From contig CM119268.1 of the NCBI GenBank assembly GCA_051294375.1, positions 23,160,056-23,223,827 of the forward strand: a stretch of DNA of 63,772 bases, read 5' to 3'. Each line of letters starts with the position of its first letter. Position 1 is the stretch's first letter. Under the pieces are notes generated by a model. It worked only from the letters and a program-made list of their open reading frames with translations, made no database searches and was not told where the DNA came from. The DNA is from Paraspadella gotoi. Lineage: Eukaryota; Animalia; Chaetognatha. The translations under genes were made by a program, and so were the position numbers. Below are positions 1-14,011 of this stretch, one piece after another.

Positions 1-3000
1 AAAGAAAGAAAGTATTTTAACAAAGGGATTAAAGTCATTCACCCGGTAGTTTACCTGGTCATCATCATTTCCGACTTAAATTCTCATGTCAATCTTCAAA
101 AAACCTTAAAAGTCTCGTCGTTGGCACCGAGTCATTTCGTGGTCTTTTATCCTGTCTTTAACGAGTCATTTACTGGGTAATTTAGTGGGTCATACAGCGG
201 GTCACATTCACGACTTCAAATCTTCAAAAAACCTTAAAAGTCTCGTAATTCGCTTCAGCCGCGACTCGATCGAATTTCGCCATCGACTTGAAATTCGTCG
301 ATAATTTTTGTTGAAAATTTGAAATTTTTTGACTCAAGGATTCGATTTGCGTTTGAAGTTTGGAAAATTCTTGCTGGAGGGAGGAGGAGGAGGGAGAGGA
401 GGAAGAGGAGGAGGAGGGGGAGGAGGAAGAGGAGGAGGAGAAGTGGGCGGAGGAGGAGGGAGGATGAGGGGAGGAAGAGGAGGAGGAGGAGGAGGAAGAA
501 GATGAATAGATGACGAATAAAAATAACAAATTCGACAAAGACGAGGATGATGAAGACGACGACGACGATGACAACAACAACGAAAATGAACAACAAAAAC
601 AAAAATGAACAACAACAACAAAAATGAAGAAAAACAAAAATGAACAACAACAACTAAAATGAACAACAACAATAACAACGACTCGCCTTGAGAAAAACTC
701 CCTTGAGTAATTCTCCTTGACGGAATTTCGTGTTGAGTCGAATCGACGACGAATTTCGAGATTTCGTCGCGGATTTTGCGACGATCGCCGCTTCCTGAGG
801 AGGAGGAGGTGGGGGAGGAGGNNNNNNNNNNNNNNNNNNNNNNNNNCGGAAGCGAAGGAGCTGGAGGCGAGAGATTCGAGGAGGGCGTTTGAAGGAGTTG
901 GAGACGAGGGTGGGAGGGAGAAGGGGGGGGAGGAAAGATGAGGGGGAGGAAGAGAGAGGGAGAAAAGATGGGGGAAGGGAGGGAGGAAGTAGAGGGGAGA
1001 GGAGAGAGGGAAGGGAGGGGAGGGAGAATGTAGAGGGGGAGGGAGGAGAGGTAAGGGGGAGGAGGGAGAATGAAGAGGGGGACGGTGAGATTGAGGGTAG
1101 GGGGAGGGAGGTAGGATGAGAGGTGGGGAGGGAGAGTATGGTGGATGAGGAGTTTCTGGGCAGTTGCGTCTTTACTGTATCTGGTGGGAGAGAATTGTAG
1201 GCGGAGAGGGTTCAATTGTTTTTTTATTGATTAGATTGATTGGTGGAGTTGAATAAAATATATTATTTTGAGTTGAACTATGGATTGAGTTGATTAATAT
1301 TATTTATTGAATTTTTTTAGATTGAATTGATTGATATATTGATCGAATGGATGGATTTAATTTTTCTTTCCTTTAGCGTAGCTACTTATTTAAGATCGCT
1401 ATTAGTTGGCCTATTTTATTCATTAAACGTGCTGTTGGGTTATATTGATATAATATAACCGCCGATCAGGGTCCTTTTAGTCAGATTACGGTCGTTGTCG
1501 TTTTTATTAATTCCCCGTTTTCTCCGCCAGATGTTCATCCGGTGGAACTGCATGCCTGCGTTTCGGCCCTGAATATCAGAGTTTTGGCTTCGGTCCTTCG
1601 GCATTTTTGAAGCGGTAGAGAATTGAGTTGTAGTTAGCGCCGAGTCTCTGATGTAGTTAAATGAAAGACTTTGTGTTATGTTGAAGAGAGGATGGGATGG
1701 AGTGGATATTGGGATAGTGAGCAAGTTTGTGACTTGCGAACTAAAGTATTTGGATGCGGGTTGATGTGGAGGGTTTTGATGTAGTTTTGATGAGTTTCTG
1801 TCAATGTGTTCTTCATTGGATATCATAGACTGATCATCAGCTTCCTTCCTGCCTCTTTCTTGACCTTTCTCCTTTTTTCTTCGCCTCCTTTCGCTTGCTC
1901 CTCCTCTCTTCCTCCTCCGTCTCTGCCATCTTCACCTCCACCTCCCTTTTCTCTATCTTTCCTCCCTCCTCTGCTCCTTTTAGCTCGTTAGCTTTGCCGC
2001 CTCCTCCTCATTCTTCTGCTTAGCCTCTCCACTCCTCCTCTTCTTCCGCTCTTCCTCCTCGCTTTCCTCTTCCTCCTCTTCTGTCTTCCCCTTCCTTCCC
2101 TCTTCCTTCCTCCTCCTCCTCATCTTCCTCTCCTCCTCTTTTAGCTCCTCTTTCCGTCTTCCTCGCCCTTCCCTCTCCTCCTCTTCTTTCCCCTTCGCTC
2201 CTACCTCCTCTTCCCTCCTCCTCCCCCACCCCTCCTCCATCGAGGGAAGCGGCGATCGTCGCAATCGCTGCGACGAAAATCTCGGAAATTCGATCGTCGA
2301 GTTCGAGAGCATCAACACGAAATTCCGTCAAGCGAGAATTACTCAAGGAGAGTTCTTTCTCAGGCGAGTCGTTGTTTATTGTTGTTGTTGCATTTAGGTG
2401 GTGTGTTGTCATTTTGTTTTTCTGTCATGTTTTGTTGTTGTTGTTCATTTTTGTTTTGTTGTTCATTTCGTTGTTGTTGTCATCGTCGTGCGGATCGTCT
2501 TTCATCATCTGCGTCTTTGTTCGAATTGTTATTTTTTATGATCGTCGATCTTTTTCATCTTCTTCCTCCTCCGTCTCTGTCGCTGCCCGGTCATGCCTGC
2601 CCTCCTCGCGGTGCTCTCCACTTGCTCCTCTCCCCTCCTCCTTGCCTCTTCCTCCTCCCGCCTCCTGCTCGTCCGTCCAGCAAGATGTTGTTCAAAACTC
2701 AAACGCGAAATCGAATCTTTGAGTTGAAAAGATTTCAAATTTTCAAACAAAAATTATCGATCGGAATTTCAAGTCGATGGCGAATTCGAGTCGAGCTGCG
2801 GGCGATGAAGCCGAATTACGAGACCATTGGTCAAGGGTTTTGTTGAAGATTTGTTGAATGTCGTGAATGTGACCCGCTGTATGAGCGCCACTAAATTAAC
2901 CCAGGCTAAATGACTCGTGATCAAGACAGGATAAATGACCGACGAAATCACTCGGTGCTAACGTACGAGACTTTTAAGGTTTGGTTTGAAGAGTTGACAT

Positions 3001-3105
3001 GAGATTGTAAGTCGGAAAGTTGATGATGGATCAGGGTAAACTCACCGGAGCAGTGATATGACTTTAATCCTTTTGTATTAAATACCGTTCTTTGCTTGTT
3101 TCTTT
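1..3105. repeat. Inverted duplication, 1-821 vs about 2210-3105
   Basis: 680-800 is the reverse complement of about 2235-2375, and 1-375 of about 2675-3105, with many indels. Adjacent to a 25-N gap. Confidence 0.9.
53..373 (-). CDS. Candidate coiled-coil exon (duplicated, inverted, at about 2680-3035)
   Basis: After a pyrimidine tract and CAG: QEFSKLQTQIESLSQKISNFQQKLSTNFKSMAKFDRVAAEANYETFKVF, then frameshifts. A 28-nt direct repeat lies at 91-118 and 219-246. Confidence 0.4.
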
Positions 3106-4050
3106 TAATTATTTCATCTCTCTCGCCATTTCTTCTCTTTATCTCTCCCTCTCCTACTTTTCACCACTGCCTCTTCTCTCCCTCCGTCCTTCCCGCCTCT
3201 CTCTCTGTTCTTCGCTCCTCTCTCTCTTTTCTCCGCTCCTCTCTCTCTCGCCCTCCGCTCTCTCCCCGCTCCCTCTCGTCCTCTTCCCCCCTCCAGTCGA
3301 TTCTGGGATTCGTCGTCTAAAAGAAATACCAACGAAATCTAAAGCAGAGAATTTGAGAGAGAAAATTGAGAGTTGATCGTTCGAGTCGGCAAAGAGGACA
3401 GCGATCGGAGAAGTCGTTAATCGACGTTGTTCGATTATGTTGCGTTGATTAGTAGTTGCGATTTATTAGATGCGATTGAGTTCGATCGCATTCTTTGAAA
3501 TTCATGATTATGATCAATGTAATAGTGTTTTGTTATTTTTCGCCAGTTGTAGATGTAGTTTTCGATGTCTTGGTCGATTCAATTTATTACCTTCATTAAA
3601 TTATTTACACATTTCATTCATGTTTTCATTCATCTTGTTTTTCATTCAGGCGATGCTTAGTTCATGTTCATTATTTTATTTTTTTCATTGTTCCATTTAT
3701 AAATAAAACTTTCGTACGATACAACTTTTTGTTCATGGAATAGCAATCAACTCATGTCATTCATCTGTTCATTTTTTTTAGATTAAATCATTCAAGATTT
3801 CAGTTCAACTTATTTATGTCATTCATTTCATTCATTTTTCTTTTTCATTCCATTTGCCCATTCAGTCTTAATTATCCTTTCCTTTCAGTTCATTCCATTC
3901 ATTTCATGTCATTATTCAATATCATTCATGTCATTCATTCGAATTCCATTCAATTTACCATTCATTCCAGTCATTCATTCCATTCATTCATTCATTTCAT
4001 GTCATTCATTCATTCATTCGCATTGTCATCTCATTCCATCTCCATTCACA

Positions 4051-7000
4051 GGCGGCGCGAGTCGTTCAACGAGTCTGGACACTTCGCTTGCTCCTATGGA
4101 TGCGTTGACATCCGGGAGATGGTTGCCCGGAGACAGATAATGGAATTGTGCAGGGGAGGGGGAAGTGGAGGGAGAGTGGAGGAAGGGATGGGAGAGGGAG
4201 GAAGGGAGGAGAGAGGGAGGAAGGCAGGGGAGAAGGAGGAGGGGACGAGACCAGGGAGGGGAAGTGGAGGAAGGGAGGAGAGAGGGAGGGAAGGGGAGGA
4301 GAGAGGGGAGTAAGGGAAGGAGAGGAGACGTAAGGGGGGAAGAGGAGGGAGGAAGGGAGGAAGGGATGGAGCAGAGGGAGGGAAGGAGGAGAGAGGGAGG
4401 TAAGTGGAGGAGAGAGAGAGTAAGGGAAGGTAAGAGGGAGGGAGGGAAGGAAGGTAAGAGAGAGGGAGGTGAAGGGGAGGGAGAGAGAAGTGAGGGCGGG
4501 AAGAGAAAGGGGAGGGGAGGGGAGAGAGGGAAGGAGGAGTGGAGGCGAGGTGAGAGCGAGGAAGGGAGGGGGAGAGGAGAAAGGGAGGAAGAAAGAGGGA
4601 GGGGGAGAGAGAGGGCAGTTTGAGGTAAGGAGAAGAGGGGAGGGAAGGGAATATGAGAGGGAGGGAAGGGAAGTAGAGAGGGCAGGGATGGGAGGCAAGG
4701 GAGGAGCGGAGGAGGGATGGGTGGGGTGGGTGGGTGGGGGCGGGGCGAGGGAGGCGGGCGGAAGACGTAGGCGGAATGAGAGGGAGAATGGGGGAGGAAA
4801 TGAATGGAATTTTGAAGGTTTATGGAGGGAGAAGAGAAGATGTGGAGACTTTAAGTAATTTAAGAATTGAATTTGTCGCAAGCCCAATCCCAACTGCATC
4901 AAGCCTTCTCATCCAGGGATGACAATAGAAGGCCCTTTTAACGCCACGATCGTGGCACCGGCTAAAATTGGGCGCGCGTAACCCTCGGGGTAAGGCGTGC
5001 CTCGCGCTTGGCAGGCCTTGGGTCTGCGCGTCTCGGCAGACGCCGTTCCGGACGGAAAGACTTCGAGTAAGGTGCGCGCTGCATTTCGCGCGCCTGCTCG
5101 ATGGAGGGTTTGAGTTCCGAATGGGCGCGAAAAGATTTTTGCGAGGCGACAGGTGAGAAACAAGTGTAGCAATTAAGAAAACTCGCAAGTATATTTAACT
5201 AAAACAATTGATAAACGATTAAAAATCTAAAGTTATCTAAAAAAAAAAATTCTAAAGAATCTAAGCCTGATGGGGAGTTGGTAATAACCAATATATAAAA
5301 TTGGTTCATTCATTAAATTAATAAGTCTATCTTGACCTGACTTTTGGGCAGAGCGACCGTGGAGATAAATATCTTTACAGGGCTGCTATAAGCTGAAGAC
5401 CCTGCGGCTTATTAAATATTAATGGATTTCAAAGAGTTTTCGCACTGCACGATATTTTTATTTTATTTAATTAACAAACAATATTAAACATAATCCTTAA
5501 AACAGTAACAGTGTTATAAAGACTGGAAAACAAGTAAAAACTAACCTAACGTATGAATTCCATTAAAAACAAAAGACACTAACGTTTAAATATCATTAAA
5601 TAATTTGTTATTGAAGCCATGAAGAGGTTCCCACTGATCGACGCTTCCATTGTATAATAACAATAAAGAGATCAAAAATATTCCAAAAAAGAAATAATTA
5701 AAAAATAGAATAAAAGCAAAAAATAAAATTTTTCATTAAAATATTGTTAAAAATTATAGTTCATGACATAAAGGTGCGCCCTATAGACTTCCCTCAGTAT
5801 GTATCTGCCTATCAGAACATACAGTATTCTACATGGTAGTCTTAGTCCTATTGGTAACAAAAATCATATAGTTAGACGTTTGGGTCCCGTCAAAAATTAT
5901 GCTCATTTCCCGACCGCCTTTTCTGTTAGTCCCTTCTTAGGATATTATGTATTTTTTCATTAAATGACTTTCTAACAGAAATGAAATGTGTGATCATTAT
6001 TAGAAAACTAGGAACAGATAGGTAATAATCTACACCTTAGTGTTAGTGGTAGATGCTCCCTCTATTTCTGTCAGAAGACAACACTGGACATTCCCCTTCC
6101 CAAATTGTATGTATTGATTATAAAGACATGTTTAACAAGAAAGCAATATATGTTTTGAATAAATAGATATAGATTAAATACTAAAATCCTTCTAAATAAT
6201 ATTAAAATATTAAAATAGAAAAATGAAAAATAAGTGAACAAGTAATTTGCAATTTTCATAAGGAAAAAATAACAGAATAACAGTTCTAATAACGTTGCAA
6301 CGGATGCAAATGTGACAATAATAAATAGGAAAAAGTAAAAAACGAAAACTGTGCAAGTCATAAAAAGGAAACAACATTATTGCATTAAATTGTGGATTAT
6401 TGCTTTTTTTTTACCAAGAACATTAATAGCTAAAAATATAAAACATATAAAAAGCAATTAAGAAAACAAAAACAGTTAGAAAATGTTAAAAAGTGTAAAA
6501 ATAATAACTTTTTAAAACATTATAATAACATTATACACATTATAAAAACCACGATAATTTTTTTTTTTGTTAATTTATATATTATAATGTGTTAACAGTA
6601 TTTTTTTGTCAAGAAACGTTTTAAAATAACCGTTTTTAACGTTTAAGGAACAACACATTATATAAAGAATATATAAAGAATTATATAAAAAAATCTATAA
6701 AAATTATAGTTGCATAAATATATATATATTTTTTTTTTTAAACATTATATAGTGTATAATGCGCAAAAAGTGTAAATATATATGCCGCAATCAATAATGT
6801 ATAGATGTATAATAGTAATAATCAAAATAATGTATAAGGTATAAGTTGTGTAGAGTACTTAAATTAAATTTATCAACTGAGAATTTATAAAAATGTATTT
6901 CTACTGTGATAATTTTTGATCCTCATCGTACAAAGTGCATAGTCAAATATATAAACTAAACCAAAAACTTAAATTATGACAAAAACAGGAACCTTTAACT

Positions 7001-10000
7001 AAAACTAAACCGCATATAAATAAGATTTTAACCGTTCCGAATATAATGCAGCAGAATAGATTGTCTGTGCTAAACCTACTGCGGTAAATTGTTTCAATAA
7101 ATGCATCTTACTACAAATATCAAATTGGATTTTTTTGACGTCCGGCAGGTTTTCCAACCGGCCGTCCGATTCGGCAGAACTGTGAAGGAATTTGCTTTTT
7201 TTTTGTGGTGCGGACGTCGTGGACGGTAATTTGTCAGGCCGATGGCGATAGGCGGAGGGTCAAATGCGATTCGTGGTGGCCATCAGGTGGTGGGTGGGGT
7301 GAGTGGTGGGAAATTGGTCGGTGGGGTGGTTTAAAATGGGTGGGTAAACTAACGACAATTTTTGATCGTGAAATATAATTGTGGTTGGATTTGGTGAACG
7401 AAAAAGATTACAAGGCGAAATCCTCCAAGGTGAAATTTTTGTTCCTATCATTTTCCGAGAATTTCACAAAAATAAATAATAATCAGACTGAATGCAGTTA
7501 TGGCCTGAACTTTTTTCAGGTGGCAATGATAGTTGTTTTTTTTTTTAAATCTCAAGAACTTCCTTTCTTTCTTTATACTCCTCTCTTGACATCCTATAAT
7601 CCTCCAGCTAGTCTTCTCTCCTTCTGCTTACCGCCTGACACTTAAATTTACTCTCCTTTATTTAGCGCCTGCTACTCCAGCCAGACATAAGCTCGCTACT
7701 ACACTTGGACCTGCCTGCCGCTCCCTTAAGATTCGAGGCTCCACTCCTTTACGCTCCTCTATTTACGATCGCCTCCTACCAGACTGAGCTCCACTTTCCT
7801 AGCACATTTAATTTACTGCCCGTTCCCCTTTCGCTCCACGCAGACACTAGCTGCATCTCTTTTGGCTTGCCTGCTATTTACTTGCCCCTTCCCCGCCTCG
7901 CTCCAGGCAAACACTAGCTCATCTTCCTTTTGCTCCTCTAGTTTACTTCCCTTCCCCCTCGCATCCACCAGACCGAAGCTCCACCTCCCCTCGGACTTTG
8001 TCCCGATTGCGCGGCGATCTGCGTTTAGCGCGGCTTCTGGGCGGCGGTACTTGAAGAAGTCCTTTGATCTGCAGTTCGAGATATTTCGACAGGTGGGTTT
8101 TGGGGGGGGTGATGATGGACAAAGGGGACGACGCTGAATGACTGGATGACGAACCGACCAGACGACGACGAGGGATGATGAGAGACGAAGAAAACAAGGA
8201 CAACAACAGGGATGACAACATCCGCGCTTGAAGACGACTGAGAATAAGATGGAAGAAAGCCTTTATTATCGCAATTGGAAAACCTACTACTATATAATCT
8301 AAAAAACAATTCTTTATTGCGCGTCCCCAATAAGACCTACAAAGATATCGGAAACTTGTTAATTTAATTTAATCATTAATTATAATTTATGACTTTTTTA
8401 TTTTAAAAAACGTGGTATTATGTCATCGCAGGAGTAACTCGGCTGCACCTAACGTGAAATCGTTCGTGAGAATTCCGGGATGCACAGTGATTCGTTCGCA
8501 GAATTCAGGAATCACTCGATCCCTGATGGGCCCCGAGATGGAAGTCGCGGATGCTGATCACTCTTCTCTAGCATATAAAATAGATCGTAGTTATCTTAGA
8601 CGCAATACAGACGAGTTGGATATGATACATCCGCGAGTAAATAAACTATACAAAAAACGACAACAATTAACTCTTAAAACCCATATTTTGTCTTTCTCTC
8701 TCCTCCCCCGTCTTCCGCTCTGCGCCTTTCTCTCTCTCCTCTCCCTCTCACCTCTCTCTGCACTCCCCCTGCGACCTCGCTATCTCGCCCGCTCGCCAGC
8801 GCTAGAACACCGCCCAACTAGCCCGTGCCGGTGGTGGCCGAAAGGGGGCGTGGCGAACGCCGTGCTGGGTCGCACCCTCGGCCTCTGATCTCTCGTCCCC
8901 AGCGTGCGAACTTCGCGGCGGGGGCGAAACTCCGAACTAAATCTCTGTTGAGGCTGAATAAAGGCGGAGAATGTGAAGGACCGCTGCGGGGTGCGGGCGG
9001 CGTGCAGTGAGAAGGGGTGTGGGCGTTTGTTGGGGCACTCTTTTATTTCCTCTAATCCTCCTCTTTCCTCTAACCCTCTATCCTCTGTTCCTCTATCGCT
9101 CTATCCTCTTTCTCTTAACCTACATCCTCTTTTCGCTCTGTCCTTCATCCCTCTATCCTTCTTTCCTCTATATTCCTCTAGTCCATCCCTCCATTCCTCG
9201 CAGACTACTTGAACCGAGGGGGCCGTGGATCGAGGACTTTTGCAACGACTTTGATTAATTCTCCCGACGGAGATTTGCAGCGAGGTTGTTGGCGCTTCGA
9301 CTTCGACAAGAGATGTTTGCGAGTGGAGGAGTGAGAGAGACGAGACCGTCGACTGTCTCCCGGCGTACCATTCGACTGGAAGGGAGTTTGGGTGCAAGTT
9401 TTTAAAAGAAATATTGGTAATGATGGCCAACAGGCCACAGTAACATAATATACCCGTAGCCCTCGTAGCATTGGCCTCTGCTAAGCCAGGGATTGTGGTT
9501 CGTAGTCCCACCGAGGGTAAACTTATTAATTTATGTTTTTTTGCTTAATTAATAGATATGCACAACTGGCTTTAAAAAACACAAAAATTAAATTATGGAT
9601 ATAGCACGGACTTCTCAGCTCTAAGGCGAGATTATACGCAGTTATAATCAATTTTTGGAGATTGTGCCTATATTTTTTGCCGGCAAAATTAATATACTGG
9701 AAATGATGGGAAAGAAAATGTCATTAATATGGTAATTCATAAAGTTTTTGTAATGACTTAACAAGGTCAAGTTAATAATGTTCAAGTTTTGAATGATACG
9801 TTGATTGATTATCGAGTTCGTTGGTGCTAGGTGGAATGATTCTCAGCTTAGGGCTGCGAAGAGGTGCTCAGGGTTCGACTCGACGCGACGAAGCACCGAT
9901 ACTTATCATGCTTTGCATTATGAGAACATATTTATCTAAGTCCCTCTTCTTGCATTTTTTGGGCTTGGAAGGTACAAAATAAATGGCCATATGAATATAG

Positions 10001-13000
10001 TAAGGAAAAACGATAAGAAAAAAAAAAAAAAAGAGAGAATGATGACAAGGGCTTCGGTCCGGGAGTCGAACCCGGGACCTCTTCGCACCCGAGAGCGAGA
10101 ATCATGCCACTGACGCAACGAGGCCAAGGACGCTTCTTTCAGAATTTATTTAAGCACTAATCCTCCATATTTAACATATGTCATCTATGAACACAAATAA
10201 AGAGTCTCTTCAAAATGGAGAACATTCTACAATATTTCCTCTTATTTATATAACTAATTAATTAATTATTTATTTATCTATTTTGAATTGCTTTTTCCTT
10301 TTCAGTATGCTTCTTACCGCTGGAGTCCATTGAATCTCAAGTCGACTCCTACTCTCTCTCCTCCTCTAACTCTCTTCCTCCTCTTTCCTCCTCTCTCCTT
10401 CTCTGCTACCTGCCCTCGCACCTGCGGATTCGTCATTCTTTCTTCCGACGATGATAGATATGGTTGGTTCGTCAATTCGTGGATCGCCGCACGGCGGACG
10501 CTGGTTGGTTTGGCCGATTGTATTGGCTGGATTTTAATGAATTGGCCTGTGTTTGGATAGACTTTAAGTGATTGATTGGATTCGATGGTATGATTGATTG
10601 GGCCTAGGTTGGGGTTGTTTTGGGCCGATTTGATTTGGTTGGTTGGAATAGAGATTCTATGGCTCTAGGGATTGATTGCGCTGATTGGGGATTGGATGGC
10701 ATTGCGAATGGTTGACTTGATTGCTTAATTTTTCGTCATCAACTAATATATGAACATAGAACTGAATTGTTTATTGTAAGGTAATATTATTGTCGATCCA
10801 ATAATCCGTCAATAAAACTGGAATTTTTTTTCTTTTACTGTTGTTTTCTTATGTTTTATCATTGTTGTTGTGTCTCTTCTTCCTCCTCCTTCCTCCTCCT
10901 ACTCGCTTCTCCTCCATCCTCTTGCGTCAAGCGCTCCGGCGCTTTCTACGCTGCCACGTAAATTTCATCTACATGCCTTCCTGTCCTCCACCGGAAGTGT
11001 TGGGCGTGGCAGTGCCGGAAGTGGGCGTGGTAGTTGCGGAAGGTTGTGGCGTGCAGTGCCGGAAGTGGGGCGTGTCTACGGTGGCGACGGGAAGTCCGAG
11101 TTGTTGAGGAGTTGACTTGGAACGGCGTCAGGTAAGCAGTCGAAATTAACAAGAAAATCTCAAACGTGGTGTTGCATACAGCGTTTTCTTTAGTCGCGTG
11201 TAATGTTAGCACACGAGTTGCATATCGGAATTCAGTCCTTTTATGTCTGTTTATAGTTTTAAGCGATTTTCCTGAACGGCGGGGGGCTAGCAGATCGCTT
11301 AGATTTGAAGATTTTTTTCTTTTTTTTTTGCTCAAAAGAGAACCGACTAATAGACGCGAGCTAATGAGCATCTTTTACGTAAGTTGCGGACCTGGACCGA
11401 CGAGACAGACATACCCGGAACGGACAAGAATCGACAATCGGGGGACAAATCCGACCACTCGACAAAATCGACCCTCAAAGTGTACTAAAATGTCAAATAC
11501 ACGAATCGGTTGCATCTAATCTAATCACAACTAATCTTTCCCCCCCTCATGCGGTCTTAGATCACAACTAATCTTTCCCCCCCCGGTCGGCCCGCCACCT
11601 GCCTCGGACTCCCCTGCCACAGATTCCGTCTTCGCCGACGCCTAAATTCTCTCGCTTGTTTCCTTCGTCGAAACTCGCAGAGGTCGCGCCGTTCGAGACC
11701 GAGTCTTTATTACGTAAGCTGGCGATTTGTCAGGCGGAGGAGCGCCTGCGAGTAAATGAAGGGTCAGGCGGGTGGCAATATGGGAGGCGAGATGGTCAGT
11801 TGGCAGATGGCTAGATGAACAGTTGACAGGGGTACTTTTACCCATTCTCATCCACTTCATTCACTCCTCTCTCTTTCTCTCTCTTTCTGTCTCTTCTTTA
11901 CACTCTCTGCCTATTTTCGCCCTCTCTATTCTCGCCTCTCTCTCACTCTTCTCCTCACACTATCTATCCTTCTCTCTTTGGTCTCTCTTCCCCTCTCCTC
12001 GTCACCTCTCCTCTCTCCTCTCTCTCCCTCTCCCCTCCTTCCTTCTGCTCTCTCCTCTCTCCCTCCGTCCATCGCCTCCTTCTTCTCTCCTCACTCCCTC
12101 TCTCTCTCCTCTTCCCACCTGCTCCCTCAGATTTGTCTCGCGATCGGGTCATTCCGCCGCGCCCCCTCTACCGCCGACTGTCGGCCGATCACTTGGAAAT
12201 CTCTTCTCTTCAAACAGCGGCGCTACGGCGCTCTTTTCCCTGTAGGCGACTTTACTCTCAAGTGAACATTTTGAAGATTAGGCCTTATTTGTTCTAAAAA
12301 AAGCGCTTCATATCTTACTTATATTAGATATTGAATTAATTGAAAACAATGGTATTCTTATTGTATTCGTAAGCAATAACTTTGAAATAGTTTCATAGAG
12401 TTATTATTAAAAATTAAAGTTTGTTTTCTCTTTAATTTCTGTTTTGGGGTTAGACTCTCTCCTCCCTTCTTTCATCTCTCCTCCCTTACTCCCTCTCACC
12501 TCCCTCACTCTCATCCCGCTTCCTCCCTTTCCTCCCCTCCACCCCCGTCGTCCATCACCGTCCTCGCCTTACTACCTCCTGCCGCTCCCACCTTCCTCCC
12601 TCCTCCTCCATCACTCCCTCCCCCTTCCTCCCTTCCTCCTTACTCGCCACCTCTCTCGCCCCTTCCTCGCGTTTCCTCGCCTCCTCCTCCATCACCTCCT
12701 CCCCCTCCTTTCCTCCCTTTCTCCCTCCTCCTCCTTATCCCTCTCTCCCTTCCTCCCTCCTCATTACTCCCTCCACCCCTTCCTCCCCTTCTTCCCTTCC
12801 TGCCATTTCTCGCCTCTCTCCTGCGTCAGGCCGAAGTCGAGATCTGTTTCATCAGAAAAAACGAAACTCGATCCTTCACGCTCGCTCGGACGCCCGTTTG
12901 GGCAGCGAAGGGGCTGCTGTTTCGAGACGAACAATTCAGCACGCGACCGCCGCCCGGATGAGGCCCGTGTGTCAGCCCTGCCCCTTTGGCGGCCGCTTCC

Positions 13001-13411
13001 GGTTCTCACGGATATTTTTGCGAAGTTGTGTCCCAAGGGTGGTGTTAGATCGAGCCCATCACGAAGGAAGTTTATTTCTGACTTATATTCATGGAGCTAT
13101 CGGCTTTTTTCGCAAATTATAGGTCACATTTTTTTTAATAAATTTACTTTTTCTATACATTCTCTCTCTCTCTCTCCTCCTCTCTCTCTTCCCCTCTCTC
13201 TCTCTCTCTCTCCCTCCTCTCCAGGGATCGAACCCGTGTCTCGCCGACCTTCCGGCGCCGGATGCCGGACCCTGCCAACCCGGGCAAGTTCAAGAACGAG
13301 GCCGGACCGGGCAGTTGCCGACTTTGCCGAATGAAGAGACTGATTCTGTCGGGCAGAGAGAGTGTCGTGCAAAAGATGAAAAGAAGACAGACGTACGGAC
13401 AGTATTTGTAG
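4051..13411 (+). CDS. Fragmented multi-exon Cys-rich extracellular gene (sushi/Ephrin-receptor-like repeats); exons frameshifted, span approximate
   Basis: GC-rich islands, several bounded by pyrimidine-CAG acceptors and GT donors, at about 4050, 4860-5152, 7972-8092, 8430, 8800-9010, 9204-9416, 10945-11130, 11623-11713, 12131, 12830-13080 and 13224-13411. Motifs VCQPCPFG...CPKG and, allowing a one-base fix, CQPGKFKNEAGPGSCRLC. Assigning all islands to one gene is inference. Confidence 0.45.
9459..9519 (+). tRNA. tRNA-Arg(CCT)-like, D-arm absent in this assembly
   Basis: Acceptor stem GCCCTCG/CGAGGGT plus A. The body GCATTGGCCTC(TG)CTAAGCCAGGGATTGTGGTTCG(T)AGTCCCAC resembles metazoan tRNA-Arg(CCT). 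Indels suggest read errors or a pseudogene. Confidence 0.7.
9814..9897 (+). tRNA. tRNA-Pro(AGG)-like, with indels
   Basis: TCGTTGGT(G)CTAG(G)TGGAATGATTCTC(A)GCTTAGGG(C)TGCGA(A)GAGGT...GGGTTCGACTC...GACGAAGC follows the tRNA-Pro consensus with insertions. Confidence 0.72.
10049..10125 (-). tRNA. tRNA-Pro(CGG)-like, with indels
   Basis: Reverse complement GGCCTCGTTGCGTCAGTGGCATGATTCTCGCTCTCGGGTGCGAAGAGGTCCCGGGTTCGACTCCCGGACCGAAGCCC. Intact B-box, and a downstream T-run (10018-10032) that could act as Pol III terminator. Confidence 0.85.
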
Positions 13412-14011
13412 GTCAAAAGAAATTAATAAAAATGTACTGAATTGATTTATTATACAAATTGTCAATTATTTAATCAATTAAAATCTCTCTTGTCTCAAAA
13501 AGTATGATGATAAAAATGAGGTTTTTTTTTGGTTTTTTTATTTAACTAAATTTTCTGACTTTTCTAACTCCATTAATTTGTTCATCAATTCGTTTATTCA
13601 TATTTTTTTCAATCATGATCAAACCTAGCTTAAACATGGGCAATTGTCAAATGTTAATTATTTCTATTATAAATAAACATAATAAATTCGAATCATTTGT
13701 TTTTGTATTTTTCTTTTATCATTCATGTTATAATTTTTTTTCAAATCAGATGCCAATTCGTATACAACTAATTGAGTTAAATAATTAATAATTAATTATT
13801 AATATCGAGCAAAGACTTTTTTTTAGAATTTCGGAGTGTAATGAATATATGAATAGGAGACTTGGGTTTTTGGTTTCGCTAAAAAAAATAGAGGGAAAAA
13901 AGTTGGCCTTATTTTCCCAGAACGGCCCTTTTTTATCTTAAATTTGAAGGTTAGGGTGAAATAAGGGTTAGTTATTTGGCAAAGGATAGGAGTTAAAGAT
14001 TGGTTAACAGT

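Noticed and set aside
1530-1830. Plus-strand fragment MRVDVEGF resembling the FkbM methyltransferase KIDVEG motif
   Set aside because: One short motif in heavily frameshifted sequence is insufficient without a profile search.
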